Shown piece after piece: positions 9,930 to 20,554 of a stretch of DNA of 54,287 nucleotides. This stretch comes from an uncultured Candidatus Competibacteraceae bacterium (GTDB lineage Bacteria > Pseudomonadota > Gammaproteobacteria > Competibacterales > JAHEDQ01): positions 1 through 54,287 of the forward strand of contig CAZLYT010000496.1 of assembly GCA_964563515.1 (NCBI GenBank), given 5' to 3'. The position numbers and the translations under genes were made by a program. The notes beneath the pieces were generated by a model. The model did not search any database. It was not told where the DNA came from and saw only the letters and a list, made by a program, of their open reading frames with translations. How positions within the stretch are numbered: position 1 is the stretch's first letter; the number at the start of each line of letters is the position of its first letter.

Positions 9930-9957
9930 ATTCTAGCGATTGCCCCCGGCTTGTCCA
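9930..9957 (-). promoter_or_regulatory. candidate sigma70 promoter of metK (TGGACA-N16-TAGAAT)
   Basis: Read on the minus strand, TGGACA lies at 9957-9952 and TAGAAT at 9935-9930. This is about 65-70 nt upstream of the metK ATG. Confidence 0.5.
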
Positions 9958-9971
9958 TAACAGCGGGAACA

Positions 9972-10001
9972 TTGCGGGCGGTTTTGGATGAACCCTATAA
10001 T
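9972..10001 (+). promoter_or_regulatory. candidate sigma70 promoter facing tkt (TTGCGG-N18-TATAAT)
   Basis: A perfect TATAAT lies at 9996-10001, with a weak -35 element. It implies a leader of about 330 nt before tkt. Confidence 0.3.
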
Positions 10002-10339
10002 CCAGCGCTCACACCGAAGTGCTGAAATTGTGGCACCACCGAAGAGCGCTTCGAGCGTTGGCGCCCAGTACAGCCCTACGAACATAACAATGGTGTGAAG
10101 ACGTCGGGGCTGTCACGCAGGCGAGCCGATTCCGCCGAGGGGCGATTTGGACGCGGTTTGCAGGGATTGCTCAGCGTCTCCCTGATAGTCTCCGAGATTC
10201 TCGAGCGTCCCAGAGGGAATATCGCGCCGCGGCCGCGGGCAGCGGCACGCCACGATCACCAACGCCACGCTGCCTGCCTGCCTGCTGGGCGCGGCCTCGT
10301 GGCCAAACTGCTTCCCACGAGCCGCCGCAGGAAAATCCC

Positions 10340-12334
10340 ATGCCGTCACGTCGAGAGCTTGCCAACGCCATCCGCGCCTTGAGCATGGACGCGGTCCAGA
10401 AGGCCAAGTCTGGGCATCCCGGGGCCCCCATGGGCATGGCTGATATTGCGGAAGTGCTTTGGAACGATCACCTCAAGCACAACCCTAGCAATCCAAAGTG
10501 GCCCGACCGGGATCGATTCGTGCTCTCCAACGGCCACGGCTCGATGTTGATCTACTCGCTGTTGCACCTCAGTGGCTACGATTTGGGCATCGAGGATCTG
10601 AAGCAATTTCGCCAATTGCACTCCCGCACCCCAGGTCACCCGGAGTACGGGATGACCCCGGGTATCGAGACCACTACCGGCCCCCTCGGTCAGGGACTGG
10701 CTAATGCAGTGGGAATGGCGTTGGCAGAGCACGTGCTGGCGCAGACCTTCAATCGCCCGGGCCACGATGTCGTAGACCACCACACCTACGTCTTCCTGGG
10801 TGACGGCTGTCTGATGGAAGGTGTTTCCCACGAGGCCTGCTCGCTGGCCGGAGTGCTCGGTCTCGGCAAGCTGATCTGCTTCTATGACGACAACGGCATC
10901 TCCATCGACGGCAAAGTCGCCGGCTGGTTCCGCGACGACACGCCGGGTCGCTTCGAGGCCTACGGTTGGCACGTGGTGCCCGCGGTGGATGGCCACGATG
11001 GCGACGCCATAGCCCGCGCCGTCGAGCAGGCCAAAAACGAGCAAGGGCGACCGAGCCTGATCTGCTGTCGCACCGTGATCGCCTACGGCTCACCAAACAT
11101 GGCTGGTACCCACGACGCCCACGGCGCTCCGCTCGGTGATGCGGAGATTGCAGCCACCCGCGAGAACATCGGTTGGCCGCATCCGCCCTTCGAGCTTCCG
11201 GAGGCGATCCGCCAGGCATGGGACGGCCGCGAGCGAGGTGCCGCCGCCGAGAGCGAGTGGCAGCAGCGCTTCGATGCCTACGCCGCCGAGCATCCCGAGC
11301 TGGCTGCGGAGTTCCATCGCCGGATGGCCGGTGAGTTGCCCGCAGAGTTCGCGCAAGCCGCACGTGCCTACCTGGAGGACGTCCAGGCACGTGGTGCCAG
11401 CGTTGCGACCCGCAAAGCCTCTCAGAACGTGCTGAATGCTTTCGGTCCAGTGCTCCCCGAGCTGCTGGGGGGTTCGGCCGACCTCACCGGTTCCAACAAC
11501 ACCAACTGGTCGGGCTCGGTGTCCTGGGGGGCTGACGACAAGGTCCCAAACTACCTGCACTATGGCGTGCGGGAGTTCGGTATGTCAGCCATCATGAACG
11601 GGATCGCCCTGCACGGAGGAACCATCCCCTATGGCGGCACGTTCCTGGTGTTTTCCGACTACGCCCGCAATGCGGTGCGCATGTCCGCGCTCATCGGCGT
11701 CAGAGTGATCTATGTTTACAGCCACGATTCCATAGGTCTGGGTGAGGACGGTCCGACGCATCAACCGATCGAGCACGCCGCCAGTCTGCGGCTGATCCCC
11801 AATCTGGACCTCTGGCGTCCAGCCGACGAGGCCGAGACAGCGGCCGCATGGCAGGCAGCGGTGGAGCGTCGCGACGGTCCGAGCTGTTTGCTGCTGTCGC
11901 GACAAAATCTGGAGCCTACCCCCCGCGACGCCCAGACCCTCGGCAACATCTCGCGGGGCGGATACGTGCTGAAGGACTGCGAGGGCACTCCGGAAGCGCT
12001 CGTCATCGCCATCGGCTCGGAAGTGCAGTTGGCCGTCAAAGCTGCCGCTAGCCTGTCCGCGGAGGGACGACGTGTACGGGTCGTGTCCATGCCCAGCGTC
12101 GATGTCTTCGAGGCCCAGGACTCCGCTTATCGCGAGCAGGTGCTGCCCGCAGCGATCACCGCCCGGGTGGTGGTGGAAGCTGGGGTCACCACCGGATGGC
12201 GGTCGTATGCCGGTCCTGGCGGCCGCGTCGTCGGCCTCGACCGCTTCGGTGAATCGGCACCGGGCGGCAAGCTCATGGAAACGTTCGGCTTCACTGCTGA
12301 CGCTGTCGCCGACGCCCTGCGATCGGTGCTGTGA
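10340..12334 (+). CDS. tkt: transketolase
   Basis: The 664-aa product has [26 protein letters not shown] and the other Tkt motifs. An AGGA SD is present. Confidence 0.95.
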   Translation: MPSRRELANAIRALSMDAVQKAKSGHPGAPMGMADIAEVLWNDHLKHNPSNPKWPDRDRFVLSNGHGSMLIYSLLHLSGYDLGIEDLKQFRQLHSRTPGHPEYGMTPGIETTTGPLGQGLANAVGMALAEHVLAQTFNRPGHDVVDHHTYVFLGDGCLMEGVSHEACSLAGVLGLGKLICFYDDNGISIDGKVAGWFRDDTPGRFEAYGWHVVPAVDGHDGDAIARAVEQAKNEQGRPSLICCRTVIAYGSPNMAGTHDAHGAPLGDAEIAATRENIGWPHPPFELPEAIRQAWDGRERGAAAESEWQQRFDAYAAEHPELAAEFHRRMAGELPAEFAQAARAYLEDVQARGASVATRKASQNVLNAFGPVLPELLGGSADLTGSNNTNWSGSVSWGADDKVPNYLHYGVREFGMSAIMNGIALHGGTIPYGGTFLVFSDYARNAVRMSALIGVRVIYVYSHDSIGLGEDGPTHQPIEHAASLRLIPNLDLWRPADEAETAAAWQAAVERRDGPSCLLLSRQNLEPTPRDAQTLGNISRGGYVLKDCEGTPEALVIAIGSEVQLAVKAAASLSAEGRRVRVVSMPSVDVFEAQDSAYREQVLPAAITARVVVEAGVTTGWRSYAGPGGRVVGLDRFGESAPGGKLMETFGFTADAVADALRSVL

Positions 12335-12394
12335 TGCGCTACCGTGGGCGTCACATCCCTAGTAATGATCGAAACGCTTAGCCTGGAGTGAGCT

Positions 12395-13408
12395 ATGACC
12401 GTGAAAGTCGCCATTAACGGATATGGTCGCATCGGCCGAAACGTGCTACGCGCCCTCTACGAATCCGGCCGCACCGACGAGGTAAGCATCGTCGCCGTCA
12501 ACGACCTCGGCAACGCCGACACCAACGCCCACCTCACCCGCTACGACACCGTCCATGGCAAGTTCCCGGGGGAGGTGCGGGTCGAGGGCGATTCCCTGGT
12601 CGTCAACGGAGACAGCATCAAAGTGCTGGCGGAGCGCGACCCCACCAAGCTGCCCTGGGACAGCATGGACGTGGACGTGGTCATGGAATGCACCGGTCTC
12701 TTCACGAGCAAGGAAAAGGCGAGCGCCCACCTCAAGGGCGGCGCCAAGAAGGTGATCATCTCCGCGCCCGGGGGCAAGGACATCGACGCCACCGTGGTCT
12801 ACGGCGTCAACCATCAGGTTCTCAAGGCCAGCCACACGGTGATCTCCAATGCCTCCTGCACTACCAACTGCCTGGCGCCGTTGGTGAAGCCTCTGCACGA
12901 ACGCATTGGATTGGTGAATGGCGTGATGACCACTATTCACTCCTACACCAACGACCAGGTGCTGACCGACGTTTATCACAGCGACCTGCGCCGCGCTCGC
13001 TCGGCCACCATGTCCATGATTCCCACCAAGACCGGGGCGGCCGCGGCATTGGGTCTGGTGCTCCCGGAGTTGAACGGGCGCCTGGACGGCTTCGCCATGC
13101 GCGTGCCCACCATCAACGTTTCCATCGTGGACCTGAGCTTCCAGGCCCAGCGCGACACCTCCAAGGAGGAGATCGACGGCATCATGCGGGAAGCGGCCGA
13201 GGGCGAGTTGAAAGGGATACTGGCCTACAACGAGGCGCCCCTGGTGTCCATGGACTTCAATCACGACCCACACTCATCGGTCTACGAATCGTCCCTCACC
13301 AAGGTCATGCAGGGCCGGCTGGTGAAGGTCTGCTCCTGGTACGACAACGAGTGGGGCTTCTCCAATCGCATGCTGGACACCACCCTGGCGCTGATGCGCG
13401 CCGAATGA
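12395..13408 (+). CDS. gap: glyceraldehyde-3-phosphate dehydrogenase
   Basis: The 337-aa product has [10 protein letters not shown] and the [12 protein letters not shown] active site. Confidence 0.95.
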   Translation: MTVKVAINGYGRIGRNVLRALYESGRTDEVSIVAVNDLGNADTNAHLTRYDTVHGKFPGEVRVEGDSLVVNGDSIKVLAERDPTKLPWDSMDVDVVMECTGLFTSKEKASAHLKGGAKKVIISAPGGKDIDATVVYGVNHQVLKASHTVISNASCTTNCLAPLVKPLHERIGLVNGVMTTIHSYTNDQVLTDVYHSDLRRARSATMSMIPTKTGAAAALGLVLPELNGRLDGFAMRVPTINVSIVDLSFQAQRDTSKEEIDGIMREAAEGELKGILAYNEAPLVSMDFNHDPHSSVYESSLTKVMQGRLVKVCSWYDNEWGFSNRMLDTTLALMRAE

Positions 13409-13417
13409 GCTCTGCGC

Positions 13418-13445
13418 CGGGCCGGATTCCCTAGGGTCCGGCCCG
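13418..13445 (+). other. intercistronic stem-loop between gap and pgk
   Basis: C-GGGCCGGA (13418-13426) pairs with TCCGGCCC-G (13437-13445), a 9-bp stem with a 10-nt loop. It is not followed by a U run. Confidence 0.4.
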
Positions 13446-13476
13446 CGGCGATGGTTGGGCGTTGCGGAGACAAACC

Positions 13477-14664
13477 ATGTCCGTGGTGAAGATGAGTGAC
13501 CTGGATCTCGCCGGAAAACGGGTGCTGATCCGCGAGGATCTGAACGTGCCGGTCAAGGACGGCCGGGTGACGAGCGATGCGCGTGTTCGGGCGGCACTTC
13601 CAACCATGACCGCCGCCCTCGACGCGGGGGCCGCCGTCATGGTGATGTCGCATCTGGGCCGTCCCAAGGAGGGCGAGTACGACGAGAATGCCTCGCTGGC
13701 ACCGGTAGCGGCCCACTTGTCGACTCTGCTGGGTCGCGAGGTGCCGCTGGTGCGCGATTGGCTCGACGGCGTGGACGTGGCACCGGGTCAGCTGGTGCTG
13801 CTGGAGAACGTGCGCTTCAATGCCGGTGAAGGCAAGAATGACCAGGCGCTTTCCAAGCGCATGGCCGGCTTGTGTGATGTTTACGTCATGGATGCATTCG
13901 GCACCGCCCATCGGGCCCAGGCATCCACCCACGGCGTCGGCGAGTTTGCCCCGGTGGCCTGCGCCGGTCCGCTGCTGGCGGCGGAGCTGGAGGCTCTGGG
14001 CAAGGCGATGGAGCAACCGCGGCGGCCGCTGGTGGCCATCGTCGGCGGCTCCAAGGTGTCCACCAAGCTGACCGTGCTGGAGCAGCTCTCCACTGTGGTG
14101 GACCAGCTGATCGTCGGCGGCGGCATCGCCAACACCTTCCTGGCGGCAGCCGGATACCCGGTAGGCAAATCACTCTACGAGCCAGGCCTGGTGGACGAAG
14201 CCAATCGCCTGATGGCGGCGGCCAAGGACAAAGGCGGCGAGATTCCGATTCCCAGCGACGTGGTGGTGGCCAGCGAGTTCGCCGAAACCGCCGCGGCGAC
14301 TGTAAAGGACGTGGCCGATGTCACGGCGGACGAGCTGATACTGGATGTAGGGCCCGAGACCGCGGCCCGTTACGCGGAACTGGTCGGCCGGGCCGGCACG
14401 GTAATCTGGAACGGGCCCGTGGGCGTGTTCGAGTTTGACCAGTTCGGCCAGGGCACCGAAACCCTGGCTAGGGCCATTGCCGGCTCCGACGCCTTCTCCA
14501 TCGCCGGTGGTGGCGATACCTTGGCCGCCATCGACAAGTACGCGATCGCGGACGGCATTTCCTACATCTCGACGGGAGGTGGTGCTTTTCTCGAGTTTCT
14601 CGAGGGCAAGAAGCTTCCGGCGGTGGCGATGTTGGAAGAGCGAGCGCGGCGGATGACCCTCTAG
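13477..14664 (+). CDS. pgk: phosphoglycerate kinase
   Basis: The ATG at 13477, preceded by GCGGAGA, gives [26 protein letters not shown]. This is nearly identical in layout to enterobacterial Pgk. The listed ORF starts 15 nt upstream. Confidence 0.95.
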   Translation: MSVVKMSDLDLAGKRVLIREDLNVPVKDGRVTSDARVRAALPTMTAALDAGAAVMVMSHLGRPKEGEYDENASLAPVAAHLSTLLGREVPLVRDWLDGVDVAPGQLVLLENVRFNAGEGKNDQALSKRMAGLCDVYVMDAFGTAHRAQASTHGVGEFAPVACAGPLLAAELEALGKAMEQPRRPLVAIVGGSKVSTKLTVLEQLSTVVDQLIVGGGIANTFLAAAGYPVGKSLYEPGLVDEANRLMAAAKDKGGEIPIPSDVVVASEFAETAAATVKDVADVTADELILDVGPETAARYAELVGRAGTVIWNGPVGVFEFDQFGQGTETLARAIAGSDAFSIAGGGDTLAAIDKYAIADGISYISTGGGAFLEFLEGKKLPAVAMLEERARRMTL

Positions 14665-14665
14665 C

Positions 14666-16114
14666 TTGAAACGAGCGAGTGGCGCTGTGCATCGCCAGAC
14701 CAAGATCGTCGCCACGCTCGGCCCCGCCACCGACGACCCAGAGGTCTTGGCCAAGGTCCTGGGGGCAGGTGTCGATGTGGCACGGCTGAACTTTTCCCAC
14801 GGGGATGCCGACGAGCATCGCCGTCGCGCCCGGGCGGTGCAGGCGGCCTCCGCGAAGCTGGGGCGTCAGGTCGCGCTGCTGGGGGACCTGCAAGGACCCA
14901 AGATCCGCATCGCCAGCTTTCGCGAACCTTCGGTTCTGTTGCGCGAGGGTGAGTCATTCGACCTGAATCCCGAGCTCGGGGAGGGTGGGGGCACTGAGCG
15001 GGCGGTCGGGCTCGCCTACCGCGGGTTGCACCGCGACGTGCGGCGAGGCGACTTCCTGCTGCTCGACGACGGCCGCATCGAGCTCGAGGTCGAACAGGTC
15101 ACCGATCAGGTCATCCACAGCCGGGTCTTGATCGGGGGTCCGTTGTCCGGCCGCAAGGGCCTCAATCGTCGCGGGGGAGGGCTGTCTGCTCCGGCCCTGA
15201 CGGGCAAGGACAAAGCCGACATCCAGCTAGCCGCCGAGCTCGGCATCGACTACCTGGCGGTATCCTTCGTCAAGGATGCCGACGACCTGAACGAGGCTCG
15301 CGGCTTGCTGCTAGAGGCTGGGCACGACGCCGCAGTCGTGGCCAAGATCGAGCGCACCGAGGCAATCGCCAACATCACCGACATCATGTGGGCCTCCGAT
15401 GCGGTGATGGTGGCTCGCGGAGACTTGGGCGTTGAGATCGGCGACGCGGCGCTGGCCGGTGTGCAGAAGGACATCCTGCGCAGGGCCGGCGAGCTCGACT
15501 GCGTCATCATCACGGCCACCCAGATGATGGAAACCATGGTGGAGCGACCCATGCCCACCCGCGCCGAAGTATTGGATGTCGCCAACGCCGTCCTGGATGG
15601 CACCGACGCAGTGATGCTGTCCGCAGAGACCGCAGTGGGGCACTACCCGGTGCAGGTGGTAGAAAGCATGGACCGGATTTGCCGAGGCGCCGAGGCGCAC
15701 TGGGCTACCCATGCGCTGGCGGCCCCGGAGCAGGCTTTCGAACGGGTTGACGAGGCGATCGCCAAATCCGCTGTGTACACGGCCAACCATTTCCGGATCA
15801 AGGCCATCGCGGCCTTTACCGAGTCTGGAGCCTCGGCCATGTGGATCTCCCGCGTGCGCTCGCATCTGCCCTTGTACGCGATCACCGGCAGCGAGGCGAC
15901 GGCCCGCCGCGTGGCGCTGTACCGAGGGGTCCATCCGATCCTGATTCCGGGTGGCGCGGCCGCCGGCAGCGAGCGCCGGGTGCTCGATCGGCTGCAGGAC
16001 ATGGGGGCGGTGACCGTGGGGGACCTGGTCATGTTTACCCTGGGAGATGAGCCGGGCATGCCCGGCGGCACCAATACAATGAAGATCCTTCGGGTCGGCG
16101 GATCCACGCACTGA
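14666..16114 (+). CDS. pyk: pyruvate kinase
   Basis: The product has QTKIVATLGPAT, NFSHG and MVARGDLGVEI motifs. The start is uncertain: TTG at 14666 (2 nt after the pgk stop) or GTG at 14687. Confidence 0.92.
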   Translation: MKRASGAVHRQTKIVATLGPATDDPEVLAKVLGAGVDVARLNFSHGDADEHRRRARAVQAASAKLGRQVALLGDLQGPKIRIASFREPSVLLREGESFDLNPELGEGGGTERAVGLAYRGLHRDVRRGDFLLLDDGRIELEVEQVTDQVIHSRVLIGGPLSGRKGLNRRGGGLSAPALTGKDKADIQLAAELGIDYLAVSFVKDADDLNEARGLLLEAGHDAAVVAKIERTEAIANITDIMWASDAVMVARGDLGVEIGDAALAGVQKDILRRAGELDCVIITATQMMETMVERPMPTRAEVLDVANAVLDGTDAVMLSAETAVGHYPVQVVESMDRICRGAEAHWATHALAAPEQAFERVDEAIAKSAVYTANHFRIKAIAAFTESGASAMWISRVRSHLPLYAITGSEATARRVALYRGVHPILIPGGAAAGSERRVLDRLQDMGAVTVGDLVMFTLGDEPGMPGGTNTMKILRVGGSTH

Positions 16115-16170
16115 CGGGCGTGGATCGAGTCAGGCCATTTTGTTCATGGCGCCGCGGGGGCGGATGCACT

Positions 16171-16199
16171 TTGATTGGCGTGAGCCGGGTAGTCATAAG
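16171..16199 (+). promoter_or_regulatory. candidate internal promoter for fba (TTGATT-N17-CATAAG)
   Basis: It is located in the 105-nt pyk-fba spacer and would give a short leader containing the SD. Confidence 0.3.
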
Positions 16200-16219
16200 G
16201 TTTTAGAGAGGAGTGCACT

Positions 16220-17284
16220 ATGTCCCTGATCACTCTGCGTGAGCTGCTGGATCATGCCGCCGAGCATGGCTATGGCGTGGCGGCCTTCAACGCCAACAAC
16301 CTGGAACAGATGCAGGCCATCATGGAAGCGGCGGCTGCCTGCGACAGCCCCGTCATTGCCCAGGCCTCAGCGGGTGCGCGCAAGTATGCTGGCGCGCAGT
16401 TCCTGCGGCACATGGTGGCGGCGTGTGCCGAGCAGTGGCCTCGCATTCCGCTGTGCTTTCACCAAGACCACGGCGCCTCGCCATCGGTCTGCCTGCGCTC
16501 CATCCAGCTCGGCTTTACTTCGGTGATGATGGACGGCTCGCTGAGGGAAGACATGAAGACGCCGGCGAGCTACGAGTACAACCTACGGGTCACCAAGGAG
16601 GTGGTGGCCATGGCCCACGCCGGTGGCGTGTCGGTAGAAGGCGAGCTGGGTTGTCTGGGCTCACTAGAGACCGGGCAGGCCGGTGAGGAAGATGGATCCG
16701 GCGCCGAGGGTACGCTGAGCCATGACCAGCTCCTCACCGACCCAGAGCAAGCGTCCGACTTTGTGCGAGAGACCGGTGTGGATGCGCTGGCGATCGCCAT
16801 CGGCACCAGCCACGGAGCTTATAAGTTCAGCCGACCTCCCACCGGCGAGATTCTCGCCATCGGCCGGGTCAAGGAGATCCACGCCCGCGTTCCGGACACT
16901 CACCTGGTCATGCACGGTTCCTCGTCGGTGCCCCAGGAGTGGCTGGAAATCATCCATGAGTTCGGCGGTGATATTGGTGAAACCTATGGCGTTCCGGTGG
17001 AGGAGATCCGCGAGGGCATACGCCACGGTGTGCGCAAGGTCAACATCGATACCGATTTGCGGCTGGCCTCCACCGGAGCGATCCGCAAGAGCCTGGCGCA
17101 GAACCCCAAGAACTTCGATCCGCGTAAATATCTGACCGCGGCGAAAGATGCCATGAAGGAGATATGTCGGGCCCGCTTCGAGGCCTTTGGCTCGGCGGGC
17201 CACGCCTCCGGCCTCACGCCCAGCTCCCTGGAGACCATGACCAGGCGCTATAGCAGTGGTGAGCTAGATCCTCGGGTGCAGTAG
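16220..17284 (+). CDS. fba: class II fructose-bisphosphate aldolase (354-aa Calvin-cycle/Pseudomonas subtype)
   Basis: The 354-aa product starts [24 protein letters not shown] and has HQDHG, HGSS and related motifs. A GAGAGGAG SD is present. Confidence 0.93.
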   Translation: MSLITLRELLDHAAEHGYGVAAFNANNLEQMQAIMEAAAACDSPVIAQASAGARKYAGAQFLRHMVAACAEQWPRIPLCFHQDHGASPSVCLRSIQLGFTSVMMDGSLREDMKTPASYEYNLRVTKEVVAMAHAGGVSVEGELGCLGSLETGQAGEEDGSGAEGTLSHDQLLTDPEQASDFVRETGVDALAIAIGTSHGAYKFSRPPTGEILAIGRVKEIHARVPDTHLVMHGSSSVPQEWLEIIHEFGGDIGETYGVPVEEIREGIRHGVRKVNIDTDLRLASTGAIRKSLAQNPKNFDPRKYLTAAKDAMKEICRARFEAFGSAGHASGLTPSSLETMTRRYSSGELDPRVQ

Positions 17285-17296
17285 GAGTATTGCGAC

Positions 17297-17322
17297 GGCG
17301 GCCGCCGTAGGGGGCGGCCGCC
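17297..17322. terminator. bidirectional GC-rich hairpin between convergent fba and the small membrane gene
   Basis: The sequence is GGCGGCCGCC-GTAGGG-GGCGGCCGCC, a 10-bp perfect stem, in a 45-nt convergent spacer. There is no clear U tract. Confidence 0.55.
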
Positions 17323-17329
17323 CCCCGTC

Positions 17330-17764
17330 TCAGCGCTCTATCTCGTCCACGTCGCGCTGACCTGTCAGCTGCGCCCGAACGTGCGACCACGACATGCCCG
17401 TGGCGAGCACCGCGCAGAAAGCAATCATGGCCAGATAAGTCAGGATGTCGGCACGGTCTGAGGGTACCCATCCCATGTCGACCGCAAGCCAGATCAAGGT
17501 TCCGAAAAATGCCGAGGCCAGGATAACCCCGAGCAGCCCAAGGGAGCTCACGGTTGCCCGCAGAAACACCACCCATCCGATGAGCAATACGATCCCGGCC
17601 AAGGCTTTCAGCGGATCGATGGCGAAGCCGCCCTCGCTGAGCCAATGGAAGTAGGACCAGCCCGAGGGGTTGTAGGTCGCAAACACCAGCACCAAAGCGG
17701 CGATCAAGCGGCCCATGAAGCCGCCAAACCCAAACCCCTTCTGTGCCTCGATTGCGGCCGCCAT
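17330..17764 (-). CDS. small polytopic membrane protein of unknown function (about 4 TM helices)
   Basis: The ATG at 17764 overlaps the fumarase TGA by one base (TGATG). The product starts MAAAIEAQKGFGFGGFMGRLIAALVLVFATYNPSGWSYFHW and has four hydrophobic segments. I have no family assignment that I trust. Confidence 0.6.
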   Translation of the reverse strand: MAAAIEAQKGFGFGGFMGRLIAALVLVFATYNPSGWSYFHWLSEGGFAIDPLKALAGIVLLIGWVVFLRATVSSLGLLGVILASAFFGTLIWLAVDMGWVPSDRADILTYLAMIAFCAVLATGMSWSHVRAQLTGQRDVDEIER

Positions 17765-19287
17765 CACGCTCCCTCCACCACCGGAATCTTGCCGATCTTG
17801 GCCCTCCACGCGGCCGGGCCCGTGGTGTGCACCGATTCGCCCCGGGCATCCACCGCCACCGTCACCGGCATGTCCTCGACCTCGAACTCATAGATGGCCT
17901 CCATGCCCAGCTCCTCGAAGGCCAGCACCCGGGCTTTGCGGATAGCCTTGGAAACCAGATAGGCCGCGCCGCCGACAGCGATCAGGTAGACCGCCTGGTG
18001 CCGGCTAATGGATTCGATGGCGGCGGGGCCACGCTCGGCTTTGCCGACCATACCGATGAGCCCGGTACGCTCGAGCATGGTGTCGGTGAACTTGTCCATG
18101 CGAGTGGAGGTAGTAGGGCCGGCTGGACCGACTGCCTCATCCCGCACCGGATCCACCGGACCCACGTAGTAGATGAAGCGATTGGTGAAGTCCACGGGTA
18201 GTGGCTCGCCGCGCCCGAGCATATCCACCATGCGCTGGTGGGCGGCATCGCGTCCGGTGAGCAGGCGCCCGTTGAGGAGCAGCGTCTCACCCGGTTTCCA
18301 GCTCGCAACCTGCTCGCGAGTGAGGCTGTCCAGATTCACCCGCCTGGAGGTTGCGCCGGCGTCCCAGGTCACCTGGGGCCAGTCCTCCAGACTTGGCACC
18401 GGCAGCTCTGCTGGTCCGGAGCCGTCCAGCACGAAATGGGCATGCCGGGTGGCGGCGCAGTTAGGAATCATCGCCACCGGCTTGGACGCGGCGTGGGTGG
18501 GATAGTCCATCACCTTCACATCCAGGACGGTGGTAAGCCCGCCCAGGCCCTGGGCGCCGATCCCGAGCGCATTCACTTTGTCGTAGAGCTCGAGACGCAG
18601 CTCTTCGGTCGCGCTCTGTGGCCCCCGGGCGATGAGCTCATGAATGTCGATGGGATCCATCAACGCCTGTTTGGCGAGCACCATGGCTTTCTCTGCGGTG
18701 CCGCCAATGCCGATGCCGAGCATCCCCGGTGGGCACCATCCCGCGCCCATGGTCGTCACCGTCTTCAGAACCCAGTCGGCGATGCTGTCGGAGGGATTGA
18801 GCATGACGAACTTGGACTTGTTCTCGGAGCCGCCGCCTTTGGCGGCCAATGTCACGTCCAGCTTGTCACCGGGCACCAACTGTACGTGGATGACTGCGGG
18901 GGTGTTGTCGCCGGTGTTCTTGCGCTTGCCCGCCGGGTCGCTGAGGATCGAGGCGCGCAGCTTGTTGTCCGGGTCCAGATAGGCGCGCCGGACGCCCTCG
19001 TTGACCATGTCCTCGACTCCCATCGAGCCCTCCCAGCGCACCTCCATGCCGACCTTGAGAAAGACCGTGACGATGCCGGTATCCTGGCAGATGGGTCGAT
19101 GCCCCTCCGCGCACATCCGCGAGTTGATGAGGATCTGCGCCATGGCATCTCGTGCCGCCGGCGATAGCTCGCGCTCGTAGGCTTCGGCGAGGGACTGGAT
19201 GTAATCCCGGGGATGGTAGTAGGAGATGTACTGCAGAGCGTCGGCGACGCTCCGGACCAGATCTTCCTGGCGGATCACTGTAGACAT
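17764..19287 (-). CDS. fumA: class I (Fe-S dependent) fumarate hydratase
   Basis: The 507-aa single-chain product starts MSTVIRQEDLVRSVADALQYISYYHPRDY and contains ..CQDTGIV..GGGSENKS.. It matches FumA/FumB-type hydrolyases with fused alpha and beta domains. Confidence 0.9.
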   Translation of the reverse strand: MSTVIRQEDLVRSVADALQYISYYHPRDYIQSLAEAYERELSPAARDAMAQILINSRMCAEGHRPICQDTGIVTVFLKVGMEVRWEGSMGVEDMVNEGVRRAYLDPDNKLRASILSDPAGKRKNTGDNTPAVIHVQLVPGDKLDVTLAAKGGGSENKSKFVMLNPSDSIADWVLKTVTTMGAGWCPPGMLGIGIGGTAEKAMVLAKQALMDPIDIHELIARGPQSATEELRLELYDKVNALGIGAQGLGGLTTVLDVKVMDYPTHAASKPVAMIPNCAATRHAHFVLDGSGPAELPVPSLEDWPQVTWDAGATSRRVNLDSLTREQVASWKPGETLLLNGRLLTGRDAAHQRMVDMLGRGEPLPVDFTNRFIYYVGPVDPVRDEAVGPAGPTTSTRMDKFTDTMLERTGLIGMVGKAERGPAAIESISRHQAVYLIAVGGAAYLVSKAIRKARVLAFEELGMEAIYEFEVEDMPVTVAVDARGESVHTTGPAAWRAKIGKIPVVEGA

Positions 19288-19401
19288 GCTTCGCCCCCCT
19301 TGGCGGGCCGAGATGGTGCGAGAAAGCTCCAGATTCTAACCCCGATGACTCAGCAACGACCTGGAATGCGGGCGGAAAACGTGGTCGGCCGCGGTCGAGG
19401 G

Positions 19402-20004
19402 TCACCGGTTCAGCGCGGCCTCGAGCTCGGCAAATGTGGTGGCACGGTCGGCGGTATCGAGTGGAAGTCCCAACTGGCGCCCGATCTGCGACATGGAAAG
19501 AATGCCGCGCAGGGCCAAGCGCCCGTCTGCAATGGGGTCGTGATCCACCACCAGCGCATGCTGGCGCCCGGCGGCCTTGAGGGTCGCGATGATGTCCCCC
19601 ACCTGGGACTTCAGCACCTCCGCGAACTCCAGCACCTCGAGACGCCCCTGCAGGGTCATCAGGTCCCTCACCAGCAGTTGGCCCGGCTTGTCACCCAGCT
19701 TCTGCGCCAGCTTCATGGGCTTCTCGCCCTGGATATCGCGGGCGGTGATGAGGCCGTAGACGGCGGCTTCATCGTCGGTTACCAACAGCAGGCGCACTCC
19801 GCGCTTGCGCATTCGGCTGAGTGCTTCGTCCACGGTGCGCTCCATACCCACGGCCACGGCAGCTACCTGCCGCAGGTCGGTCATGCAGTCTACCGCCGGG
19901 CTAGCAAAGTTCACTCGCTCCGGCATGTCCTGGCGTGGTCTGAAGTAGCTGATGGGCTCCTCCAGGGTTCGAAACGGCAGCGGCGAAAAGGCCTTCTTGG
20001 TCAT
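19402..20004 (-). CDS. CBS-domain pair protein
   Basis: The internal ATG at 20004 is preceded by GGAGA. The 200-aa product has two CBS-like repeats (...VRLLLVTDDEAAVYGLITARDI... and ...HALVVDHDPIADGRLALRGILSMSQI...). Confidence 0.7.
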   Translation of the reverse strand: MTKKAFSPLPFRTLEEPISYFRPRQDMPERVNFASPAVDCMTDLRQVAAVAVGMERTVDEALSRMRKRGVRLLLVTDDEAAVYGLITARDIQGEKPMKLAQKLGDKPGQLLVRDLMTLQGRLEVLEFAEVLKSQVGDIIATLKAAGRQHALVVDHDPIADGRLALRGILSMSQIGRQLGLPLDTADRATTFAELEAALNR

Positions 20005-20089
20005 TGCCGGGTCTCCACAAGTCCTGATGACGAATCGCGTGTCCTGAAGGCTTAGACAATTGTCGGGCGCTTGTAAATCCGACCCGGCG

Positions 20090-20554
20090 TCAAGGGCCCA
20101 CTCCGGCGAGCACACGGCACGCCCATTCGAGCACCTTGCTCACCCGGGGCACCAGCAGTTCCGAAGCCTCGGTGGCACCTACCCAACGATACTCGTGATG
20201 CTCCGCACGTCCCAGCTCGGGACTCACGGGAAGGGACACCGGCGAGCTACTGACCTCCGCAAGGTAGTAGCGTGCCACCTTGCCACCACGGTATGGCTCG
20301 GTCTCGTAGTACTGCTCCCCCCAAGAGAGCTGGGGATCGGTCAATCCGGTCTCTTCTGCCAACTCACGCATTGCCGCCGCCAGCGGCGGCTCCCCCGGTG
20401 CCACCCTCCCTTTTGGAAAGTCCCAGTAGCGGTAGGCCCGCAGCAGCAGAAAGCTCCAGCTCGATCCCGCCGACCGGACCGGCACGATGCCAGCCGCGAG
20501 TCGGGATGGCCGTCGGGTGGCTGCTGCCCCATTCGAGTCGGACTCAGGCGCCAC
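20090..20554 (-). CDS. NUDIX hydrolase
   Basis: The Nudix box [23 protein letters not shown] is visible. A GTG start overlaps the hemE 3' end by 11 nt. Confidence 0.75.
   Translation of the reverse strand: MAPESDSNGAAATRRPSRLAAGIVPVRSAGSSWSFLLLRAYRYWDFPKGRVAPGEPPLAAAMRELAEETGLTDPQLSWGEQYYETEPYRGGKVARYYLAEVSSSPVSLPVSPELGRAEHHEYRWVGATEASELLVPRVSKVLEWACRVLAGVGP

Noticed and set aside
10012-10044. Direct repeat CACCGAAG (10012-10019 and 10037-10044), and a TGGCAC hexamer at 10031-10036 resembling a sigma54 -24 element.
   Set aside because: An 8-mer repeat within a 480-nt spacer is expected by chance. TGGCAC is followed after 5 nt by AAGA rather than the TTGC needed for a sigma54 -12 element.
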